In this document: piece after piece, positions 28,063 through 37,845 of the stretch
Layout: each line of letters starts with the position of its first letter
Position numbering within the stretch: the first letter of the stretch is position 1
From: Candidatus Omnitrophota bacterium
GTDB taxonomy: Bacteria > Omnitrophota > Gorgyraeia > JAFGHF01
DNA length: 64,000 bases
NCBI GenBank assembly: GCA_016939375.1
Contig: JAFGHF010000072.1
Location: forward strand, 229-64,228
Direction of reading: 5' to 3'
The notes under the pieces: model-generated
Database searches by the model: none
What the model saw: only the letters and a program-made list of their open reading frames with translations
What the model was told of the DNA's origin: nothing
Made by a program: the position numbers and the translations under genes

Positions 28063-28904
28063 CAGCACGCCTTATGTTTTTTTACTACAACATCGATTTC
28101 TTTGACTTGGCGGAGTAATTCTTGCAACTGGGCAAAGCCGATCATGTTAGGGCCATCGGAAAGGGCCCTTTTGGGCTTGGGATGTACCTCCAAAAAAAGC
28201 CCTGCACAACCGACTGCCACCGCGGCGCGGGATAACGTGGCCACAAACCTCCTGTCTCCTCCGGAGGCAATGCCTGCCGCTCCCGGCAACTGTACGCTAT
28301 GAGTGGCATCAAAAACAACCGGATAGCCAAGAGCGCCGATTATGGCCAATGAGCGCATATCGCTTACAAGATTATTATAGCCAAAAGAGCTTCCTCTCTC
28401 TGTGATTAATACTTTTTTATTGCCTGTGCTCAAAACCTTCTTGATAACATTTTCCACGTCCCAAGGAGCCAAAAACTGCCCCTTCTTGATATTTATGGGT
28501 TTCTTTGTCCTCGCTGCAGCCAATATTAAATCTGTCTGCCGCGACAAAAACGCGGGAATTTGGATTATGTCTAGCACCCCCGCAGCTTGAGTGATTTCCG
28601 AGCGGCAGTGTACATCGCTGATCACGGGCAGACCAAATTTCTTTTTCACCTTTTTTAAGATTTCCAGGCCTTTTGTTATTCCCGGACCACGATAGGAATC
28701 GATTGAACTGCGGTTTGCCTTGTCATAGCTGGATTTAAAGATCAAGGGCATTCTCATCTGGCGCGCGATCTTCTTTAACTCTTGTGCGCAACTCAGGCAA
28801 AATTCCTCAGATTCTATTACGCAGGGGCCAGCGATAAGGACTAAAGGCCCTTTGTTGCTCAATTTTACATCGCCGACTTTTATTTCCTTCATCATTCTAA
28901 CCAT
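28062..28904 (-). CDS. kdsA: KDO 8-phosphate synthase
   Basis: AGPCVIES, KANRSS, QIPAFL.RQT, KKGQF, FDATHSVQ, SDG. Confidence 0.96.
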   Translation of the reverse strand: MVRMMKEIKVGDVKLSNKGPLVLIAGPCVIESEEFCLSCAQELKKIARQMRMPLIFKSSYDKANRSSIDSYRGPGITKGLEILKKVKKKFGLPVISDVHCRSEITQAAGVLDIIQIPAFLSRQTDLILAAARTKKPINIKKGQFLAPWDVENVIKKVLSTGNKKVLITERGSSFGYNNLVSDMRSLAIIGALGYPVVFDATHSVQLPGAAGIASGGDRRFVATLSRAAVAVGCAGLFLEVHPKPKRALSDGPNMIGFAQLQELLRQVKEIDVVVKKHKAC

Positions 28905-28922
28905 TAGACTCCGACTCTGCGG

Positions 28923-29663
28923 TCACTTTTTTTGTCTGATCTTTTCCTTGACCAGTTCCAGGTCCTCGGGGGTATCGACTCCTACCGTCTCAAAGTTGGT
29001 TTCGATGACTTTGATCTGGTAGCCTCTTTCTAAGGCCCGAAGCTGCTCGAGCTTTTCCGCCTTTTCAAGTTCCCCCTTGGGTAAATTCCTAAAAGTGAAT
29101 AAAAACTCTTTAGTGTAAGCGTAAAGGCCTATATGTTTAAAAAAGGACAAGGAGTCAAAATCAGTCTCTGAATCACGCACATGCGGTATTGGCGATCGTG
29201 AAAAATAAAGGGCAAAATTGTTTTTATCTTTGACCACTTTTACGATGTTAGGGTTATATAGCTCTTGCCTGTCTTTAATTTTATAGGCCAAGGTGGCTAT
29301 GGGAATAGAAGCATTCTCCGATAAGCAGTTGACTAACTCGTCTATCATGGAAAAATGGATCAACGGCTCATCCCCTTGGATATTGACTACGATCTCCGCG
29401 TCGATAGGATTGGCTACTTCGGCAATCCTGTCAGTACCGGAAGCGTGGTCTTTTATCGTCATTACCGCCCTGCCGCCAAAATCCTGCACGGCCTTGAGGA
29501 CCTTTTCGTCATCAACGGCAACGACCAAATCCTGCAGCGTCCCGGACTTCAGGGCCTCTTCATAAACATATTGGATCAACGGCCGGCCTAAAATATCGGC
29601 CAGGACCTTTCCCGGAAATCTGGTCGAATGGTATCTGGCTGGGATTACCCCAATCGCTTTCAT
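28923..29663 (-). CDS. kdsB: CMP-KDO synthetase
   Basis: IPARY.STRFPGK.L, SGTDR, NIQGDEP, YFSR, LEQLRAL, VDTPED. Confidence 0.96.
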   Translation of the reverse strand: MKAIGVIPARYHSTRFPGKVLADILGRPLIQYVYEEALKSGTLQDLVVAVDDEKVLKAVQDFGGRAVMTIKDHASGTDRIAEVANPIDAEIVVNIQGDEPLIHFSMIDELVNCLSENASIPIATLAYKIKDRQELYNPNIVKVVKDKNNFALYFSRSPIPHVRDSETDFDSLSFFKHIGLYAYTKEFLFTFRNLPKGELEKAEKLEQLRALERGYQIKVIETNFETVGVDTPEDLELVKEKIRQKK

Positions 29664-30646
29664 CGGCTGAACCTTTCATTCAATTCTTCTTGCGTAGCAA
29701 CCGCTACTCCGACCTTGCCAACAACGATTCCGGCCGCGTAATTGGAGATATGTGCTGCTTCCAGCATCGAGGCTCCACTGGCTAAAGCCACAGTAGCAGC
29801 AGCAATGACAGTATCTCCTGCCCCCGAAACATCATATACCTCTTGGGCCATAGTGGGGATATGTACCGACTGGCCGTTCTCTTCAAATAAACGCATCCCG
29901 TTTTCACCCAAGGTAACCAAAACAGCCTTGCTTTTTTGGTTGGCAAGCAAAGCCCTCCCGGCGACATCCAAATCCTTCTCTGACTTTATCTCTTCGCCGG
30001 TGGCCTTGGCCAACTCATGGTGGTTTGGGGTAATCAAAGTTATGTCCTGATAATATGAGAGGTGGTTGTCTTTGGGATCAACAGTTACTATCTTATCGTG
30101 TTTGTGTGCAAGAGCTATAACCTCTTGGATCAGCCTGGGGGCGATCAGGCCCTTTCCATAATCTTCTATCAGCAACGCATCAACGTCATTTATTTTTTCT
30201 TTGGCATAGGTTAATATTTGGGAAATCACATTGTCATCGACTTCATCGACCTTCTCCCGGTCAATACGCACCACTTGCTGATGATGAGCGATCACCCGGG
30301 TCTTTAAGGTGGTCGGCCTCTCGGCGTCTACAACAATGCCCTCCACATCGATGTTCTTGCGCCTCAGTTCTTCGGTAAGGATCCTGCCCCGTTCGTCAGC
30401 GCCGATTACGCCACAGATAAAAGCCTGAGCCCCTAACCCATGAATATTATTTGCCACATTTGAAGCCCCGCCAGGCATGAACGATTCCGAATTTACCCAT
30501 ACTACAGGCACCGGGGCTTCCGGAGATATGCGGTTTACCTTTCCCCAGATAAACTCATCCAAGATAAGATCACCAATTACAAGTATTTTAGCCCTATTAA
30601 AAGCCTTAATTACTCTCTTAAATGCCTCTTTATCATGCCCTTTCAT
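29660..30646 (-). CDS. hldA: D-glycero-beta-D-manno-heptose 7-phosphate kinase (stand-alone RfaE domain I)
   Basis: GD.ILD..IWG.V.RISPEAPVPV, DYGKG, TPN, DVSGAGDT. Confidence 0.93.
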   Translation of the reverse strand: MKGHDKEAFKRVIKAFNRAKILVIGDLILDEFIWGKVNRISPEAPVPVVWVNSESFMPGGASNVANNIHGLGAQAFICGVIGADERGRILTEELRRKNIDVEGIVVDAERPTTLKTRVIAHHQQVVRIDREKVDEVDDNVISQILTYAKEKINDVDALLIEDYGKGLIAPRLIQEVIALAHKHDKIVTVDPKDNHLSYYQDITLITPNHHELAKATGEEIKSEKDLDVAGRALLANQKSKAVLVTLGENGMRLFEENGQSVHIPTMAQEVYDVSGAGDTVIAAATVALASGASMLEAAHISNYAAGIVVGKVGVAVATQEELNERFSR

Positions 30647-30685
30647 ACCCTTCTCCCGGTTCTGGTAACGTACAACAGAACAGAT

Positions 30686-30714
30686 ATTTTAGCACTTAAA
30701 CATTCAACTGTCAA
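30686..30714 (-). promoter_or_regulatory. Internal sigma70-type promoter for hldA-kds-lpt
   Basis: TTGACA (30714-30709)-17 bp-TAAAAT (30691-30686) with an extended -10 TG. Confidence 0.75.
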
Positions 30715-31753
30715 TTGAATAAGTACGCAGGATTTTTCTGGCAGCGGATAAGACCTCTTCTTCGGAAATAGCCTTAAGGCAGGCAAAACCTCTCTGACAA
30801 TTGTGCGCCAGACAAGGAACACACCCTAGATCCTTATGCAACACTATGTCGCCTTTGCCCTTAGGGCCCCAGCGGCATGGGCTCAGACCCGGCTGCCGGC
30901 GGCCAAAAATGGAAATTACCGGTGTGCCGACTGCTGCAGCAATATGAATCGGCCCGCTATCATTGGAAATAAACAAAGAACATCTTCTGAACAAACTAGC
31001 CAACTGGCTTACGGTAGTCTTACCGGCCAAATCCATAAAAGGGATATCCGAGAGTTTTATCAGCCTTCTGCCGATATCTACATCATCAGGCCCTGAGACT
31101 ACGGCAATCTTTACCTTAAATTCTAAAGCAATTTTTTTTGCGATATTGGCAAACCTTTCGGTAGGCCAGACTTTCGAAGGGCAACTGGCAGACGGATGGA
31201 TAGCGATAATTTTTTCGTTTTTTCTCCACCCTTTAGAACTTAGTAAGTCTTCAATGTATATTTCGCTGTCTTCTCTGATCGGCATGAACAAAGAGCAGTC
31301 CTCGGCTCCCTTGCCAAAAACCCGCAACAGGTCCAAGGTATATTCCAGCTCATGTTTCTTTCCTTCTTGTTTTTTATGCTCGATTTTTTCCGTCAATAAA
31401 AAGCCCAGTTTTTTATTAAAGCCGATCCTTCTTTTGATGCCTGCAATAAAAGCCATTAAATGGACGCGGTTGGTAGGATGTAGCATCAATGCCACGTCGA
31501 ATTTCTTCTTTCTCAAACCCAAGGCAAAAAGCAGGCTCCTCCACAGGCTGCTTTCTTTCCCGTATTTATCGTAAATCAACACCTCGGAAAGATAGGGATT
31601 TCCTATAACTATATCTCGGGTATAAGGTCTAACTAACATCGTAATGTGGCTTTGGGGAAAACGCATCCTTAAACTCTTGATTACAGGAGTAGAAAGCAGC
31701 ACGTCTCCTATTCTATCGGTACGCGTAACTAAGATCTTGCTAGGTTCTTGCAT
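30704..31753 (-). CDS. GT9 heptosyltransferase-family protein
   Basis: RIGDVLL.TP, SNDSGPIH.AAA, C-terminal CVPC..HNC...AC. Confidence 0.88.
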   Translation of the reverse strand: MQEPSKILVTRTDRIGDVLLSTPVIKSLRMRFPQSHITMLVRPYTRDIVIGNPYLSEVLIYDKYGKESSLWRSLLFALGLRKKKFDVALMLHPTNRVHLMAFIAGIKRRIGFNKKLGFLLTEKIEHKKQEGKKHELEYTLDLLRVFGKGAEDCSLFMPIREDSEIYIEDLLSSKGWRKNEKIIAIHPSASCPSKVWPTERFANIAKKIALEFKVKIAVVSGPDDVDIGRRLIKLSDIPFMDLAGKTTVSQLASLFRRCSLFISNDSGPIHIAAAVGTPVISIFGRRQPGLSPCRWGPKGKGDIVLHKDLGCVPCLAHNCQRGFACLKAISEEEVLSAARKILRTYSIDS

Positions 31754-32732
31754 CTAATACCTCTTTGCAGGCTGCGAATACATCGTCAGCGCTTACTAAT
31801 TTCATGCAATCGCGCGTACCTTTGGGGCATAAAGACTGCTCGCATGGAGAACACTTTAAATCCTTGCGGATGACCCTATCATATTTGCCTCCGGGGGCAT
31901 ATTTGCGATAGTCTGTAGGGCCGAATATCGAGACCACAGGGGTATTTACAGCCCAAGCTATATGCGTAGGAGCGGAATCATTGGAGACTACCAAGGCACA
32001 TTTACTCAAAAGACAAGCCAATTCCCCTATGCTGGTTTTTCCGCAGAGGTTAATCAAAGCGGGGTTGATGTCTCTACCGATTTCCTCTGCAATAGGCGCA
32101 TCTTGTTTATCCCCTACTAAAAGGATCTTCACGTCCAGCTCTTTGTAAAAAAGCTTGACCAGCTCGCGGTATCCCTGTTTTTCCCAGAGTTTCGTCATAT
32201 TCCGGGCCCCGGGAGCCAAGGCAACAACGCATTGTCCTTTCTGTATCTGCCATTTACGCCACATCTTTTCAATATTACCTTGCTCGTCTTCACTAAATTT
32301 GAGAGATGGCCCCTTTATATAAGAAGTGTCTAATCCTAAGGCTTGCAGCTTCCAAAGATGCCTGTCTTTCATATGTACCAAACTTTTGGGAGCCTTGCCG
32401 AAAATCGAACTTCTATAACGCGCTCCTAAAAATATACTAAAAGCAGTATTGCGCAAATCTACAACCAAATCGTAATGTTCGTGCCTTAATCGGGTTATCA
32501 GGCCGATTTTATTCCTTAGCGATATACTTTTTTCGTAAACAATCTTTTTGTCGATGCGGGTGTCATTTTTAAACACGGCAAAGGCCCGGGGGCCGACTAA
32601 AACGGCCAGATGCTGGCCGGGAAAATAGTCCCGCAGCGCCTGGATTACAGCCGTAGTCAATACTGCATCACCTATATTGCTCAAGGTGATCACCAAAATC
32701 CGCCTGATTTTTTCCTTGTTCATCTTAATCAT
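31740..32732 (-). CDS. GT9 heptosyltransferase-family protein
   Basis: NIGDAVL, SNDSAPTH, FGPT, CSPC....C.....C. Confidence 0.88.
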   Translation of the reverse strand: MIKMNKEKIRRILVITLSNIGDAVLTTAVIQALRDYFPGQHLAVLVGPRAFAVFKNDTRIDKKIVYEKSISLRNKIGLITRLRHEHYDLVVDLRNTAFSIFLGARYRSSIFGKAPKSLVHMKDRHLWKLQALGLDTSYIKGPSLKFSEDEQGNIEKMWRKWQIQKGQCVVALAPGARNMTKLWEKQGYRELVKLFYKELDVKILLVGDKQDAPIAEEIGRDINPALINLCGKTSIGELACLLSKCALVVSNDSAPTHIAWAVNTPVVSIFGPTDYRKYAPGGKYDRVIRKDLKCSPCEQSLCPKGTRDCMKLVSADDVFAACKEVLDART

Positions 32733-33751
32733 TTCTTTACGGCATTTACAATTTTTTTTGCAGCTTCAAACACATCGTCTACTTCGATGGCTTGCATGCA
32801 CCTATTTTTGTCACAATCAAGCTCGTAACAAGGTGTCTGGCAGCCCACTTCTTTACGTATAACCACATAATCGCCCTGTCCGTAGGGGCCGGTAATTTGC
32901 GGATTAGTGGGGCCAAACAAGGCTATGGTCCTGGCCTTTTGGCTGACCGCAATATGCATCGGGCCGGAATCGTTAGAAACCACAATATTTGCCTTGGACA
33001 TCAAAGCCGCTAATTGGCCCAGACTGGTCTTGCCGCAAAGCATAACCGGCTCCCTGCGCATAAGCGAGGCTATGTCTTTGGCCAACCTTAGGTCGCTTTC
33101 AGCCCCGCTGATTATTACCTTGCACCCAAACTCCTCGATCAGCCTATCGGCCAAAAGGGCAAAATTTTCCTTAGGCCAACGCTTGAGTTCCCAATTGCCT
33201 CCAGGATTAATCACCACAAAAAAGTCGTTATCCGACAGACCGTGCTCTTCCAGCATTGCATCAAGTGCTCTTTTGTCTTTTTCGCTCACAAAAAACTCAT
33301 AATCCTTATTTTTCACCTTCATACCGCAAGACCTGGCGATATCAAGGAAATATTCTACTTTATGCATCTGTGTACTGGAAGGAATTATGCTCTTGGTAAG
33401 CAAGAACGCCCTTTTCTTTGTGAAATATCCTATTCTTTGGGGTATCCCCGCCAGATAACATAACAGGGTCCTTGTAAAGGAACGGTGCAGAAGAAAAACT
33501 AAATCAAAACCCTTCTTGCGTAATAACATTACCATTTTAAACTTGCCTAAAACACCTTTATGTCTTCCCTTTTCGTCATAGGTGATTATTTCATCTATGT
33601 GAGGATTGTTTTCTATGATGGGCCTGCATCTGGGCACTATAAACATAGCTATATGGCTTTGAGGGTGGTTCTCCCGCACTGCCCGGATAAAAGGAGTGGA
33701 AAAGAGCACATCACCTCTCCAGTTGACATTGACTATCAATATTCTCTTCAT
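32729..33751 (-). CDS. Heptosyltransferase II-like GT9 (WaaF-like)
   Basis: NWRGDVLF.TP, KRWP, SNDSGPMH.A, LFGPT, C-terminal Cys motif. Confidence 0.88.
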   Translation of the reverse strand: MKRILIVNVNWRGDVLFSTPFIRAVRENHPQSHIAMFIVPRCRPIIENNPHIDEIITYDEKGRHKGVLGKFKMVMLLRKKGFDLVFLLHRSFTRTLLCYLAGIPQRIGYFTKKRAFLLTKSIIPSSTQMHKVEYFLDIARSCGMKVKNKDYEFFVSEKDKRALDAMLEEHGLSDNDFFVVINPGGNWELKRWPKENFALLADRLIEEFGCKVIISGAESDLRLAKDIASLMRREPVMLCGKTSLGQLAALMSKANIVVSNDSGPMHIAVSQKARTIALFGPTNPQITGPYGQGDYVVIRKEVGCQTPCYELDCDKNRCMQAIEVDDVFEAAKKIVNAVKK

Positions 33752-33756
33752 CTAGA

Positions 33757-33820
33757 GCTCTCAGCTCTCGGCTTTCAGCGTTCAGCTTACAGTTTTTTAG
33801 TTCTCAGTTCCCAGACTTCA
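33757..33820. repeat. Degenerate heptamer array (GCTnTCA) filling the spacer and the deacetylase 3' end
   Basis: gctctca gctctcg gctttca gcgttca gcttaca gtttttta gttctca gttccca gacttca. Confidence 0.8.
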
Positions 33821-34607
33821 ACTCACTATGTGGATTTTTCACGCTTCGGAAAAGGTTATAGTATCCCGAAATCTTGGCCCAAAAAACAAAAATATTGGGG
33901 TCGCTATCAGTAATCTTGATACGTTTTAAAGCGTATAGGTCTTCATTCAGGTTATTTTTAATCAAACCGCGATTTGTAGAGCAGGCGGCCTTATAACCCG
34001 CTTGCTTGACTATGCCCTGGATTTCTTTCGTAAATCCCCCGATGGGATAGCAAAAGAAATCAACCGCCTTGCCTATATTTCTCTCCAGTTTTATTTTCGA
34101 AGAGCCAATCTCATGCTTTAAAACAGCCTCTGGTCTACCCGGTAAATATCCGCCCGACAAGGAATGACTGCCGATGGTAATAATGCCCGAGGAGACCATC
34201 TCGGCGATCTGAGAGTAGCTCAAATAACCTTCGCTGCCTATCACATCGACAATCACAAAGATAATCGCCGGTATATTATGTTTTTTGAGTATTGGGAAAG
34301 CGATTTTATAATTATCCTCGTATCCGTCATCAAAGGTTATCACCACGGTGTTGCGCGGCAGACAGCTGCCTTGTTTCTTCGCTTTCGCAAATTCATCTAA
34401 AGAAATAACGTTATATTTGTGCTTGGCTAAAAAGGCCATTTGTTTCTCAAAATTACTTGGCGATACACTTAGCGAAGAAACTTCTCCCCGCTTGTCTATT
34501 CGGTGATACATCAATATGGGCACAGTATATCTTGTAAAGGCATAGAAAGAAAAACCAGCCACGCAAACAACCAAGATTAAAACAAGCTTTGAGAATATAT
34601 TTTTCAT
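33804..34607 (-). CDS. Polysaccharide deacetylase (CE4), N-terminal membrane anchor
   Basis: PILMYH, ITFDDGY, GSHS, FCYP.G. Confidence 0.88.
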   Translation of the reverse strand: MKNIFSKLVLILVVCVAGFSFYAFTRYTVPILMYHRIDKRGEVSSLSVSPSNFEKQMAFLAKHKYNVISLDEFAKAKKQGSCLPRNTVVITFDDGYEDNYKIAFPILKKHNIPAIIFVIVDVIGSEGYLSYSQIAEMVSSGIITIGSHSLSGGYLPGRPEAVLKHEIGSSKIKLERNIGKAVDFFCYPIGGFTKEIQGIVKQAGYKAACSTNRGLIKNNLNEDLYALKRIKITDSDPNIFVFWAKISGYYNLFRSVKNPHSELKSGN

Positions 34608-35710
34608 TTTGCCACCATCCTTTCATATACTTGCTCGATACCATCGACCATTTGGCTCAAATTAAAACTTTCCTCAACCTGGTGTTTTCCCTGTTGGCCG
34701 AATCTTTTTGCCAGCTCTTTGTCTCTTATCAATTTCAAGACCGCATCTGCTATACCTTGCGGTTCTTGCGGCCGGACCAAAAAGCCGTTTATGCCGTCTT
34801 TGACTAAAGTATAGACGCCGCCCACATCACTGGCCACGATAGGTAGGCCCATTGCCTGGGCCTCTATGATCGCCAGGCCCAGCCCCTCCAGCAGTGAGGG
34901 AAAGACAAAGACATCCATGCAAGAAAGAGGAATCGAGGTGTCGAATGTAGATGGGCTAAAACTTACGCTGCTCTCAATGCCCAACTCTTTGACCTGCGCC
35001 AATAGCCGTTCCTTTTCCGGACCATCTCCTACCAATAGCAATCTTGCCTTGGGTTCTTGTTCCAAAATCAATTTCATTGCCGAAATAAGATAGCACTGGC
35101 CTTTTATAGACGAAAGCCTGGCTATTGTGCCGATGACCACAGCGCCACCATCAAGGCCGAAGTCTTTCTTAAATCGGCCTTTTTGCTCCTGGTCAACTTT
35201 TTCCCGAGAAAACCTCTCTATCTCTACTCCATTATGTACCACTGAAACGCATTCCTTTTTTACTTTTAAATCGTTTACCAGATGTTCCCTTACTGCCTCG
35301 CTTATGGCTATACAATGTCTTCCCCAACAGGGAAATGCCTTTCTAAACGCGCGAGGTTTAAAAAAACCGTGGCAGGTGGTCACATAGGGAACTTTTGTCT
35401 TCTGCGACAAGAGCTGTGCCAGGACTTGGGTCACCCGGGTATGGGCATGCAACATATCAATCTTGTTCTCCAATACAATTTTTGTCAGCCGTGACAACAC
35501 AGCCAGCAACTTGGGATTGACTTCTGATTTGGTCTTGACATTTATCTTTACATGTTCCACTGAGCACGATGCAAGAGAATCGGCCAATTCTCCACCCGAA
35601 GAAGCCACTAACACCCGATGGCCTTTGTTAGCCAATCCCTTGGCTAACAATAGGACATACATCCCGATACCGCCAAGATTAAGATGGGTCGTTAACAATA
35701 ATATTTTCAT
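34604..35710 (-). CDS. GT4 glycosyltransferase
   Basis: GG, HAH, T.HG, NGV, RL...KG, EGLGLAIIEA. Confidence 0.9.
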   Translation of the reverse strand: MKILLLTTHLNLGGIGMYVLLLAKGLANKGHRVLVASSGGELADSLASCSVEHVKINVKTKSEVNPKLLAVLSRLTKIVLENKIDMLHAHTRVTQVLAQLLSQKTKVPYVTTCHGFFKPRAFRKAFPCWGRHCIAISEAVREHLVNDLKVKKECVSVVHNGVEIERFSREKVDQEQKGRFKKDFGLDGGAVVIGTIARLSSIKGQCYLISAMKLILEQEPKARLLLVGDGPEKERLLAQVKELGIESSVSFSPSTFDTSIPLSCMDVFVFPSLLEGLGLAIIEAQAMGLPIVASDVGGVYTLVKDGINGFLVRPQEPQGIADAVLKLIRDKELAKRFGQQGKHQVEESFNLSQMVDGIEQVYERMVAK

Positions 35711-37845
35711 GCTCGTGACTTTATTTTTTTAACGTGCCGCTGCCCTTTTTTGTTTTTGCCGTCTAAAAGTTGATTAACTGCTTTCAATACATCTTCGGCA
35801 GAAATCCCTTTCATGCAAAGGTGCTTCTGGCATCGCCTTTTATAGCAGGGGCTACATTCAAGCTCTTTGTAAATTAGCCTTTGTTTTTGATTTTTTAAAG
35901 CGTGCTTCTTTGGATCTGTGGGGCCAAACAATGCTACTACGGGAGTCTTTACGGCATAGGCTATATGCAACGGGGCGCTATCACAGGTTATATATACATC
36001 ACAATGCTTTATCAGGCTGGCTAATTGCAAAATTGATGTCTCATTTACGGCATCGATTATATCGATATTTGCCGCGGCCTTTAACTCTTGGGCCAGGCCC
36101 TTATCCATCTTATCACCTGTAAGTAAGATCTGGATTTTTGCCGTGCTCAACCTGGTCAAGAATTCGAATAAGTTATCTTTTTCCCATTTTTTGCCTGGCC
36201 TATTGGCGCTCGCCCCCAGGTTTATGCCCACCAAATGTTTTCCGGGATCTCTATTGTTCTTGGTAAGAAAATCCTCTGCCCATGCTTGATCGTCTCTATT
36301 TATCCACAACTCCAGCTTTTCTTCAACAGACTCAATATTTAAAAGCTGCATCGTCCGGGCTTGATGCTCTATAGGCGAAATTGCCGTTTTTGTATCCTTT
36401 ATCTTTTTATTTAAAAGGAAGCTGAGCTTGCCGTTGTCATAACCGTAGCGGCTGGCGCAACCACTCAAGTACGCCAAAAGATGGCTTTTTCGGCTATTTT
36501 GCAGATCGATGACTATATCGTAGTATTGCTTGCGTAAGTTTGCGGAAAAACGCCAGACGTCTATATAATTGTTTTTTTTGGGAGCGAATTCCAAGATCTC
36601 GTCGACATAAGGACAATCGCGCAATATAGAGGCATAAGCCTTCCCTGCCAATACAGTAATAGTGGCCTTGGGGAAACGGTTACGCAAAGCCTTAAGCGTC
36701 GGCCCGATCAAGATCAAGTCTCCCAAGGCACTTAGTTTTATCACTAGGATCCTTAGGTCGGCAAGGGCCTTTTCATATACATGGATCGTCTTTTCCGCCA
36801 TCCGCCCAAGACTAAAGTTACGTTCTACTTTTTCACGGGCCGCCAAAGCGAATTTTTTTCTGGTCTGCGGTTCTCTATATAATTTTATTATTGCCTTGGC
36901 CAGCTCGCCGTGATCAGCCGGCGGCACTAAAATTCCATCGACACCGTCTTCAACGATGTCGACTATCCCTCCTACTTTGCTGGCAATAACCGGGACACCG
37001 CAGGCGCCGGCTTCAATAAGTACCCTGCCAAATGCCTCTTGTGTTATCGTGGGTAATACTAACAAGTCTATTGAAGATAGGAATTTGGGCACATCTCTTA
37101 CCTCGCCCACAAAATCCACATACGGCCCTATACTCAGCCTCCTGATCAAAATCTTTAGTTCTTCTCTATATTTTTCCTTGCCTGGAGAAGGCCCTCCGGC
37201 TATCAATACCTTGACCTTTGGCAATTCCCTGATTATCTTAGGCAAAGACTTTAATAAATAGACATGCCCTTTGATCGGCGTAAGTCTACTGACAATGCCG
37301 ATTGTGAAAACTTCCGACTTGGGTTTCTCGGGCACAGCATGCTTAAAAAACCTAAATTCTTCCAAGTCGACCCCCCTGGGGATAAAGCTAATCCGCTTCC
37401 CGGGTACAGCAAAATCCTTCTGCATGTGCTCGGCGATCACTTTACTCGAGACAATTATCGCTTTTCCCCACCCCATTACACGGCTGAAGAGATGTGTATT
37501 GTAATATCCATGGCAGGTAGTAATAAATGCTGTGCCTCTGCTGCGGGCAGCCAAGAACCCGATAATAGCAGGGACCCTGGAGCGGGCATGCACCACATCT
37601 ACCTTCTCATCATCTATGATCTTGGCCACTTTAGGGACGTTTTGCAATATTGAAAAAAGGCTTTTTTTATGCACGGGCAGCTGAAAATGCTTAACTTGCG
37701 CCTCCCGCAGGTCTTTTACTAAATTGCCTCCGTTGGAGACAACCAAAGCCTGATGATTGCGCTGGACTAGCTCTTTGGCCAAATCGACACAGCCCCTTTC
37801 CACGCCACCCATATTTAACTCAGGTAAAATCTGCAGTACTTTCAT
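35707..37845 (-). CDS. GT4-GT9 bifunctional glycosyltransferase fusion
   Basis: N-half GGVERG, HARSR, EAFGRVLIEA; C-half KLSALGD, DSAPLH, LFGPT, CSPC....C....C. Confidence 0.88.
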   Translation of the reverse strand: MKVLQILPELNMGGVERGCVDLAKELVQRNHQALVVSNGGNLVKDLREAQVKHFQLPVHKKSLFSILQNVPKVAKIIDDEKVDVVHARSRVPAIIGFLAARSRGTAFITTCHGYYNTHLFSRVMGWGKAIIVSSKVIAEHMQKDFAVPGKRISFIPRGVDLEEFRFFKHAVPEKPKSEVFTIGIVSRLTPIKGHVYLLKSLPKIIRELPKVKVLIAGGPSPGKEKYREELKILIRRLSIGPYVDFVGEVRDVPKFLSSIDLLVLPTITQEAFGRVLIEAGACGVPVIASKVGGIVDIVEDGVDGILVPPADHGELAKAIIKLYREPQTRKKFALAAREKVERNFSLGRMAEKTIHVYEKALADLRILVIKLSALGDLILIGPTLKALRNRFPKATITVLAGKAYASILRDCPYVDEILEFAPKKNNYIDVWRFSANLRKQYYDIVIDLQNSRKSHLLAYLSGCASRYGYDNGKLSFLLNKKIKDTKTAISPIEHQARTMQLLNIESVEEKLELWINRDDQAWAEDFLTKNNRDPGKHLVGINLGASANRPGKKWEKDNLFEFLTRLSTAKIQILLTGDKMDKGLAQELKAAANIDIIDAVNETSILQLASLIKHCDVYITCDSAPLHIAYAVKTPVVALFGPTDPKKHALKNQKQRLIYKELECSPCYKRRCQKHLCMKGISAEDVLKAVNQLLDGKNKKGQRHVKKIKSRA

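Noticed and set aside
28905-28922. Short agactc/cgactc repeat before kdsA, and similar weak periodicities near 5340, 38380 and 42903
   Set aside because: Too short or degenerate to separate from chance by eye.
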